Shown here: piece by piece, positions 52,594 to 62,353 of the stretch | How positions within the stretch are numbered: position 1 is the first letter of the stretch | Layout of the letters: every line of letters starts with the position of its first letter | DNA from: Geosiphon pyriformis uo1 | Lineage: Eukaryota > Fungi > Glomeromycota | DNA: 64,000 nucleotides | NCBI GenBank assembly: GCA_016748015.1 | Contig: JAAOMT010000480.1 | Span: 932,328-996,327, forward strand | Direction: 5' to 3' | The notes under the pieces: model-generated | The model's input: the letters and a program-made list of their open reading frames with translations, nothing else | Told to the model about the DNA's origin: nothing | Database searches by the model: none | Translations under genes and position numbers: made by a program

Positions 52594-53134
52594 TACAGTC
52601 TGGTAAGAAAAAAATTGGAAAAATATGGAAACAGAATATTAGATAAGTGGCTGAGCTCTAAAAAAATTTCTTGTGTATTAACTAATAGTTATTTTTTAAA
52701 TTTGTCTTTGAAATGCTGACTTCAAAGCAAGAAACACAATGGCAAGTCGTATTACATTTTTGGAAGCAAGGAATACAAAAGGCGAAAGAAATACAGAATA
52801 AAATGAATATACCCCTTTTTATAATCTATAATATCCTCGAAAAACTCAAAAAAAAAAAGGAACAATAAAGCATGCGGATGGTAATAATCGGCCAAAAAAG
52901 ATTATGGGAAATGCTTCGAAAGTATTAGGGCAGATTATTTATAGAGATTTCTTAGTTTCGTCTAGATATTTAGCAATAGAGTTGGCTAAGAAAGAAAGAA
53001 ATATTTCTCATGTTACTATTCAAAACCATTTATCCAACCTTAATTATAAAAAAAGTCTTCCTAAAGCAACTTCAATGTTGACTGAAGAGCATAAGCGAAA
53101 ACGTGTAGAATGGGCCAGACTGTATATTAATTGA
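52594..53134 (+). mobile_element. 5' half of a Tc1/mariner element (HTH region, truncated before the DDE domain)
   Basis: TACAG start at 52594; ATG at 52713 reads MLTSKQETQWQVVLHFWKQGIQKAKEI..., then a frameshift in a poly-A run, then ...SHVTIQNHL..LNYKKSLPKATSMLTEEHKRKRVEWAR. Confidence 0.8.
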
Positions 53135-53971
53135 ATCAAATTAAACATTCACTTTGCTACTTTGTTATAATTTCTTTATTATTAGATTTATATCATTCTT
53201 GAATACTTTTTTTTTGTATTTGTTAGCATATACTTTAATTTATAACATTATTATAAATAACGAATACCATTTTAATTTTACAAAGATATAAAAGTATTAA
53301 TTTATAAATTAATTTATTATAAGAAATTGTATCATATAATAATTTTTTTAAAAATTTAAAAATAATTTTATAAATAAAAATGTTAAATATTTTGTGCAAA
53401 TAATTTTTTGATACAATTTTAAACACAATTCTAGACTATCAATTGTACTGTGTAATAATATTTATTTAATTCAAGCACTAAAAATTTTCGGAACGCTTTA
53501 AATGGAAATATATATATATATATATATATATATTTATTTATTAAAGTAAAAAAAAACAAGTGCATCGACAATATATTAAAATAATTAATTATTTGCATAA
53601 AATTTGTTACCCAAATCAGCCTTGAGGTGATTTTCAAAATAAATATGCGAGGATTAAAGAAACAATGATGTTTTAGCTGCCTTATTTGTTAATCCTTAAA
53701 TGGAATTCATTCAATCATATGTATAAACCAATTATGTTGTTGTTGTTGTAATAGAATTGGCTAAACCTGTTATTGAAATGAATGAAAATGAATGAGAATA
53801 GATAATATGCTGGATTTTAAACAAGATTATTAATCAAAATTACTGTTATTGTTTAATGACTAACGATTGTCTATCGCTGATCATGCACACATATGGACTT
53901 TCCAGAGATTTAAAATATATGCAAATGACCGTTTTTCTCTGAATATTATGTACCTCTTCTCTTTCTAAAAA

Positions 53972-54995
53972 ATGCAATTTTTATTTGAAATTTGTCTTCC
54001 CACTGAGATACTTCAAGATATTTTTAACCGACTAACTACCAAGAATGATTTATTCTCTTGCGCGCTTGTTAATCGTCAATGGTGTCAAGTTGCCGTGCCT
54101 ATATTATGGAAAAATATTTTGGAAGCCAAAAATCGAATAAGAATAGTTGAAGTGTTTCTATTCTGTTTACCAGAAGCTGACAAAGAATCGTTATCTCATT
54201 ATGAAATTCCCATACCCAAATTTCGACAACCGGTTGCAACATTTAATTACCCTTCATTCTTGAAACTTATTTGTTTGAACGACATTTATCATGACATCAA
54301 GGATTATATTTGTTCTTGTTGTAAACCCGCAAGTATCAATTCCACCCGAGTTGCTGCAGAACAAATAAGATTTTTGCAAAAGATTTTGTTAGAATATTTT
54401 GCCAGAAATTCTCCCAAACTCTCGTCGATGATTATTGATCAACGTGGTGGGTTGCTTGTACCACTCCTGGTCAATTCTGAACTCGATTTATTGACAGCAA
54501 GAATCACAACACTTAAAATACATTGGGAATTTAACATTTTTCCAGCGCTTCAACTGCTCTCAAATACAAAATTACAGAACATAGTAAGTCAAAGTATTTC
54601 TTGTTCAATTTGATTTCATATTTTCTCGATATTTTATTTATTAAAATAATAATTACAATTTTTTTTTTGATACAAAGCAAAATTTAGACTTTGACTTACA
54701 AAATGGAAAAGTTCTGGAACTATTTAAATTCATAAAAATGCAACGTAATCTCAACACTTTGAAAATTAAATTAGGATATATAGGTTATGAAAATATCACC
54801 TTTGATGAAATTAGTTCTGTTATAACACAAAATTCTCGCACACTTGTGACACTTTCACTTAATGAATGTGGATTATTGGAAAGAAAAATTTTTGATATCC
54901 TATCACTTTGCATTAAACTAGAAGTTTTTGAAATCATAAATTGTTATACAGAAACATATCAAATCACTAATTATGTAAAATTAATACGGCAATGA
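53972..54995 (+). CDS. F-box / RNI-like protein, ~309 aa; exons 53972-54583, 54678-54995
   Basis: F-box LPTEILQDIF...DLFSCALVNRQWCQVAVPILW and FNYPSFLK, followed by LRR-like LxxLxL units. GTAAGT intron is phase 0. The 3' end is uncertain because the stop lies in a (TGAA)n tract. Confidence 0.85.
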
Positions 54996-55063
54996 ATGAA
55001 TGAATGAATGAATGAATGATTTTTTGATTTGTACATAAATATTTAACTTTTTTTTTTCTGATG

Positions 55064-55100
<37 letters not shown>
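54991..55100 (+). repeat. (TGAA)n and (AAT)n microsatellites
   Basis: Directly visible at 54991-55018 and 55065-55100. Confidence 0.9.
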
Positions 55101-55101
<1 letters not shown>

Positions 55102-56250
55102 GGAATATTTATTTTGTCAATAATAGAAATAAATAAATAGCATTGACATAGCCTCTTTTTTATCCATTTCTAGTAACATTATTTTAAATGTTACAACAGT
55201 AACAATCTTCTCCCGTATCATACGAAATACTTGATCGTAATACCACCAACTAACTTTAAATAAATATGCATTGAAAAATTATAAGGGATTAAATTCAAAA
55301 CCTTTTTTTTTTTTCAAATAGAAAACTGTAAAGAAAAAATTTATTTTATTTTATTATGTATAATATTTTTGAATAAAGCAATATTTTTTTAAAAAAAAAA
55401 AAACTAAATAAAAAGCTTTTATTGAAAAACCATTAAAATATAACAAAAATTATTAAATAATGGTAAAAATTTAATAATAATTAAATTATTAAAACTTTTT
55501 TAATAACCAATATCAAAAACAAAAATATTAATTTAAAACATGTGACAAAATGTTTAATTACAAAAAATTATATTTAGTGTTTAAATTTTATTTCTTTTGA
55601 TATTGAATTAAGTTCCATCACCAGATCCTTAAATTTTTATTTCTAAAAGTTAGGAAAAACATATTCACAATAATGAAAGCCAGGTTTTTTGATGAATTTT
55701 TAGTTGGATTATCAAAAAAAACTTTATGGCTATTAGGGGATAAACCATAATTTAAAAAAAAAAAAATTCACAGAGAATGTTCGTTTAATCTATGCATTCT
55801 CTTATTTGATATCACTTTTTCGATTCTCATTAAAAAATATTAAATGTGGCTTGTTAAAGATGACATCAAAATTTTAAATCTTAAAGTATCCAAATTTGAA
55901 TCTAGCCTTTAATAATAAAAACAGAACGGCTTTGAATATGAGAATTTCAGAAAAAGGAAAAATAAGGTATTTCCTTTATAATGGCTTTTAAAATTGTTTA
56001 TTTGTGGCGTAAAAATTATTGATAATCAATCACTACGGATTATTTTCCAAAAAAAAAACCTCCCCCCCCAATCTCAAGGTAAAAGCTTTAAAAATCTACT
56101 ATTTCAAAGATTGATCAAAATTTTCGAAACCACTATTTCTGAAACAAAAAGTTCTTCTTATTAATTTATTAATTAATTCTTTTTTTCTTTCTTTCTTTGT
56201 TAAAAGTTAACAAATTTTAAAGATTTCCTTTTCCAAATTCCTGTAAAAGA

Positions 56251-57424
56251 ATGGAGAATCCGCCACAAAATACTTTAGAGCCTTCCGATATTCTTCCTAG
56301 AAGAGTCAGGGTTTCAAATACGTATTGCTGCTTTTGTATTAATTTAAGACCGGCGGTCATTGCGATCAGTGTTTTTTGGGCGGTAATTTTTAACTTGAAA
56401 AAGTTTTTGAATTCAATATAAAATTTGAAGTATACCCACCCATAAAAGAAATAATTTATTTCCTTTTTGTTTTCGCTTCATAGTTCTATGCACTCTACAG
56501 AGTGATTATAGATTTTATCAATTTTCAATATAGGGATACCATTACAGATGATTGTAAGAATTTAAAATTTTTTCAAGTTCAGACTAACAAAAAAATTTAA
56601 AAATTAAAAAGAAATCTTTCAAATTGAAACATTTATCTAATGAAAAATTCTTTAATCTTTTTTTTTAGTCACACATTACACGCGTAATTTTAATCTTATT
56701 GATGGAATAGTTTCTTTAATCATTCTGCTAGGAGCAACATTCGGAATAGTTGTCGTCGGCTTTACCGTACGTTTTCATTTTTCACTTTTTTTTTTTACGA
56801 TTTAGAATAATTTAAATAATTTTTTTTTATTTAAACCCCATCCACAAAAAAAAATATATTCTTTCTTAAAAAATATTCTCTTTTTACAAATTTTTAGCGT
56901 GATATACAACTTTTAAAGATCTATGAAATCATCGGCTATCTAATCGCAACAATTCGATCAGTAATCGAAATAGCTAGTTTCATCATTTTAATCGCTTACA
57001 AAAATCAATTTATCGACTTTTGTAATAGTTCAATTGTTCCTATCGATAAAGTGGACGCAAATACTTATTTCGTTTATGAAGTATCAGGGGATAACAGCCA
57101 AGGTGCCACAATAATTTTTAAGAGAAAAGATTGTGAAACGGCTTATAGGTGGTTAGTGCCAGAAATTTTTTTTAGAGCGTTTTTTACTACTTTGCTCTCG
57201 GTGAGTTAGTTTATTTCATCAAAAAATTGAAAATAGAAATGACTATTTGAGATAAAAATTATATATATATATATAAATATTTTTATTATTAATTTTAGAT
57301 TTACTTCGCGATTGTGATTTCGTCATATACCAGGGAGCGTCGAATCCAAGCCATACTTGATGATGCACATGAAACAAATACTCCACCTATTCCAGATGAT
57401 TCGAAAGAATTAATCGAAAAATAA
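56251..57424 (+). CDS. Four-TM (LAPTM/tetraspanin-like) membrane protein, ~242 aa; exons 56251-56382, 56484-56553, 56669-56766, 56898-57200, 57299-57424
   Basis: Five exons join in frame with canonical sites. N-terminal CCFCINLR motif, four hydrophobic helices, a Cys pair in the large loop, and YFAIVISSY after TM4. Absent from the ORF track. Confidence 0.8.
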
Positions 57425-58339
57425 GGTATTAGAAGGAATATTAGAAGGATATAAAAATTAATAATGAGTCTTTAAATTATACATTTATCTTTGTGTCATT
57501 TACAAGAGTTTAAGAGGACTCATTTGTTTTTTTTTTAATTCTTTAAATTTTTAAATTTTTTTCATCCTTTTTAAAAAATTAAAAATTTTTCTTTTTTGTA
57601 AACTAATTTGATTTCTTCTTTCAAAAAATCTGGATTAAAAGAAGATAATAAAAAAGGATATTAGATACCCACCCACAATAATGATCTTTCACCCACCCAA
57701 GTTTAAACATTTACCTTTTTATTTTCCAACCTAACTGTATCAATCAAACTAGTAAAAGCCCCATATTTAATACTCTGTATTTTTTAAGTATGACGTTACT
57801 TAATTAAAAATTTTTCCCAATGCCAAGCTATTTGTAGATGTATCTGAAGGACATTTCATATGCCTTTAAGATATATAAAATCTTAGTAGGGAATATCATT
57901 TTCTGTACAATTATTTAATTTTTCAGGGGGAAATTACCCGTTTTCAAAGTATTGGTTGAACCATCTGACCACGATTTTCACCCACCGACCCACCCACATC
58001 AGTATACATGTACATATATGAAAGCAACAGAACTTTTTTTTCCCATATGCTTATGGTCAATCAAATAAAAATTATACTTTACTAAAATGGTTAATAAAAG
58101 GGAAACATTCTTTTATATCTTTGGGGATCACGGGAAATTTTAAAATTTATTAAAATTCCACCCAATAAAAAACTTTATACAGGTAAACGGAAATAAAATT
58201 CTAATAATTTTACATCTTTTAATTATATCATAATTTTTATGTTTCTCTCTGGATCTAAAAAATAAATAAAATAAAATAAAAAGTATTTCATACCTGTAAA
58301 CCCTCCCTCCCTCCCTCCCTCCCTCTCAAATTTTGATCT

Positions 58340-59145
58340 TTAATTATATCTATAAAACACTATTAACCATAAACTTTTCAAAAATAATGTCGCAGCACAA
58401 ATTATTAACAAGATAGCTTTCATATTACAATATGAATTTTCTTTACAACTTTCTTGACGTAGAATTAACACGAGAAAAGGAATCACAGTTCCGGTATTTA
58501 TCAATGAAATAATATCCCATATGCTGGTATGTAGACTATGTCCGAACGCATTCATATGTCCTATATCTTCTTTTCCTATTAAAATTATTTTAAAATGGTT
58601 TGATAATAGTGAATTCAAGGAATTTAACATTTATAAATTTTTTTCTCAAAATCATATATTACCTATGAACCAGATTATACCACAAAGAGCTCTTGCGAAA
58701 AATTGACATTGATTATTAGATGGCTTCAATTGTAAAAGAGCCATTGTACATCGTGCGACTATATCCAAACTAATATTTAATGATACAAAAAATTGTTGGA
58801 CAGTCTATTTAAAAAAAACAAAAACATTAGACACATGTTAGAATTTCGAAAAAAAAAAAATCCAAATGTAAAAACTTTTTTAATTTTCGTTACCTCTACG
58901 GGATATGTAGCTATAAATCCCAAAGTACCAATAATAAAATAAATATTAAGAGAAATTGCTAAAATCCAAGCTATGATTCTGGCCACATATTTTGCCGCCT
59001 TAAAACATTGTACTTTTTGTCGTGGTGGTCCAGGGACAAATTTATATCGTATAGTCTTTTCAAATGTATCAATTCCATCGGCTAGATCGCTTATTGAATT
59101 TTCGCGAGTTGGTGAATCAATTATAATTTCTTTTGATTCATTCAT
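58340..59145 (-). CDS. Uncharacterised multi-pass membrane protein, family member E, ~209 aa; exons 59145-58894, 58804-58663, 58575-58340
   Basis: Same phase 0 and phase 1 introns as the paralogs. Motifs NSISDLADGIDTFE, SLDIVAR, G|KEDIGH and CKENSYC. Confidence 0.78.
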
Positions 59146-59174
59146 TCATTCATTCATTCATTCATTCATTCATT
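59136..59174 (-). repeat. (ATGA)9 microsatellite overlapping the start codon of member E
   Basis: Nine ATGs spaced 4 nt apart (59141-59173 on the minus strand). Confidence 0.9.
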
Positions 59175-59404
59175 GATTGGTCAATCGAATGTTCCCATGT
59201 TATAATTTCAAAAAATAAAAAATAAAAAAATTGAGCATCTTTATCAAGAAATAATCGTCAAAAAACTTTATATACATTTAATATTTACCAAATCCAGTTT
59301 CTAATTCAGAATTTTCCATGGTATCATGATATTCCTAAAGAAAGGCCTCCAAAATAGCAGAGAATTATTATTTTGTTTCAAAAATTTAAAGTTGTGTAAA
59401 TCAC

Positions 59405-59426
59405 CATCATCATCATTATTATTAGA

Positions 59427-59467
<41 letters not shown>

Positions 59468-59482
59468 CATCATCATCATTAT
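59405..59482 (+). repeat. (CAT)/(TTA)n microsatellite
   Basis: Directly visible. Confidence 0.9.
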
Positions 59483-60737
59483 TGATCCAAATATTCTTGC
59501 ATTTTTTCGAGAGAATTAAAAATTCTAAAAAAGCGCCCCCCCTCCCCACGATGCTTTTTTAAGAACATTTCCTTAGGGACCGTTTAAAGAAAAGTGTGGG
59601 CAAATGGTCTTTCATGCTTGTCCTTTTTTCGAAACGAAATAACATGAGAAGTTTGGTAATGATGAACAAATTGTTTGTCTAGTGAATGGATTTAAGATTA
59701 TCTAAAAGATATATTTTTTGTTTATATGCGAATTGGTGATCTGAGAATTTTTAGATAAACATCATATTTCATTTCTCGAAAAAAAAAAAAAATTTATTCA
59801 TACTTTGATGAATGAAAAACGCTCGCGTACATAATCGCTTTAAGTATAGCATATAAAAAAAATTTTCAAGATTTTGATTTTTTTTTTGTTCCAGGGTAAC
59901 TAGAAAATCTTTGCATTATACTATAGGTTTCTGAAAATGTTTAATGATAATTGTTAAAAAATATTTTTTAGAATTCTTTACACGAAATATTCCGTATTTG
60001 AAACAATATTACTGCTTGGTATAAATCAAAAGGTCAGAAATGACAGTTTTTAATAGTTTCATTTTCAAAATAATCATGCAAGTTTCTATCTACCAGTTTT
60101 GAGTCAATTATAAATATTAGCCAATAGGATTGGAAAAGAATTTGATAAAAATTCCTAATAAGAGTGTGTCTTGAACTTGAAAAATCCTCTGTAGTTCCCT
60201 TGGTTACGCAAATGACAAGAAAATTGAATCTTTTGACTATGTGAAAGATTTCTAAAGTAACTTTCGTAATCTTATTTTGTAAAAGTAAGAAAAATCTAAA
60301 TTTTTGAACTTTTGCGGATGATTAGAAACCTTCGGATAATAAAATTTCTCCGAATTCACTTCCAAATCAATGTAATCTCACTAATCAACTAATCATGAAA
60401 TTTGCTTAGGGACAGGATCTTTCTTGTGATCCGATTCATTTCAAATTTTTATCTTCCAAAAGATAAACCATAAATTCCTTTAATAAACAATAGAATTTTC
60501 TAAACCCAAAAGAGCTTCCATTATACCAATAAAATTTGTTTCACTTCTTTGCTTGGGATAGAGTTCAACACCTTTTCAAGTGATTCGTGATGATAACTTG
60601 AAATTAGACTTGATTAAGTTCAGCAAAAACTAAAGTAAAATTTTTTATTAAAGGTTAGCAAGCCAATTAATTTATTCATGGGGACTACCGTTAATCCGAA
60701 GTATTAATTTAAATAGTGATCTTTTAGACAAACAAAA

Positions 60738-60745
60738 TATTATTA

Positions 60746-60825
<80 letters not shown>
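60738..60825 (+). repeat. (ATT)n microsatellite, about 29 units
   Basis: Directly visible. Confidence 0.95.
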
Positions 60826-60877
60826 GTAGTCATTACCTTAGTTTTTATTTACAAAAAAACCTTATTTAAAATATATT

Positions 60878-61197
60878 GAAGAAGATAACGCTCCTCCAAT
60901 TCACAAGTACAAGCTTGTAAAGAACTCCAAGGTAATCTTGAATTTGTAACTTTGGAATGGCTTTCACAATTCTCATATTTTAGTTTAATAGAAAACATGT
61001 GGCGGGAAGTTAAAATTTCGATTTACTAGAACCGAAAGCCACGAATAGGAGCTCGTTTATCCAAAGAAAACTTTGTGGAGACAATATTTACTGCGTGGAA
61101 CGCTATTCTATTAGAGATAATTTTTTAATTTATTGACTCAATGACAAAATGTGCTAAAGAAGTTATTAAAAAGAAAGTGGTATGCGACCCATTTAGT
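60878..61197 (+). mobile_element. 3' fragment of a Tc1/mariner transposase
   Basis: EEDNAP, LEWLSQ...LIENMWREVK and AWNAI...IDSMTKCAKEVIKK match the Tc1 C-terminal motifs DNAPxH, WPxxSPDLNPIENxW and SMxxR..vi..GG. Confidence 0.7.
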
Positions 61198-62353
61198 AGA
61201 CGTTTGTTTCTCAATAATGAAGTCCTAGTTCGTAAAATACGCAGATCTTACTCATGAGGATAAAACACTAGGGGTTTTAAGGTTAAGGAAGAAAAATTAT
61301 TAAAATCCATAAATAAAGCAGTTTGAATCGGGCTAAATTAAAATTTTATTATTGTTAAGAGTTTTGAAAGAGGATATCTGCCTCTATCTGAATCGATTGA
61401 TAATAGTTATTGTCACTCAAAATTTTTAGTGAGGGAATCAGCGAGACTTTTATCCTCAACATAAGACTTATCGTTTATTAATTAAAATGTTTCGTAGCGA
61501 TGGATTTTCTCTTCACAAAAGTCTTCAATAGATATCTGTTTGACTGGGATATTTGTTTTGGCTGTCAGTTATTATGAATTTAATTCCGACTTCAACGTTA
61601 AAAATTATAAAAAAAGCGAAAATTTCAGCTTTAATTCATATTTTTTAAAAGCAAAGCTAAAGGATAAGATTAGCCTATCATGTTTATAATAAGGTCATTT
61701 TATTTTTATAATTAAATTAGGAATGATTAATGAGCACGTCTTAAGATCGGATTTTTCAACTAAAGTTATCTCAAAACTACTTTTTTAGAAATTTAGATTC
61801 CTTAAATAAGTTTTCGAATTCAATATCCCCCGTTATAGTAAACCTGCTCTGCTTTATATGACAGTGTTCTTTTTCGGGTAATAAATAGATAATAATAATA
61901 ATAAATAATAAATTGAGATTTTATATACTTTTAAACTATTACTGACACTGTCTTTTGATCAAATAACACTTTTTCAATTGCTGCTGCTTCAGTTTTTTAA
62001 TTGAAATGATAATAATTATAAATTTTTATTGGAATAAATATAAGGATATTCATGTTGAAATTAAAATGATGATTTCAGTTAAACCATTAAAGAATTTCTT
62101 AATACATTAAGATTTCCAGTATCAGACCTTAAAATGTATTGCTCGAATTGGGCTTTTTGGGCGAGTGAGTACTAAAATCTAAGAGTTCATCATGAAATAT
62201 AAACCTCAAACGATAGGATAATTTGTGTGTGAATTTTAAAATTAGTTTAATCACCTTTAAATTTTTTTCTGTCGAATATTTCTTAGATGAGACAACGGCT
62301 TTGATGACAAATTCTAATACATTTTTTTCATTACTTTTTTTCGGTTGTTCAAA

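Noticed and set aside
57660-58170. Repeated CACCCACC motifs, possibly a MITE remnant
   Set aside because: No terminal inverted repeats or target-site duplication could be defined.
2189-58804. Voltage-sensor interpretation of the 5-TM family (ExxxR resembles S2; WDII resembles S3)
   Set aside because: No S4-like RxxRxxR helix, and an extra TM lies between the two motifs.
20664-62353. Starship-like or other giant cargo transposon between the inverted arms
   Set aside because: No tyrosine recombinase or intact transposase, and the arms are ordinary gene-bearing DNA; inversion or segmental duplication is simpler.
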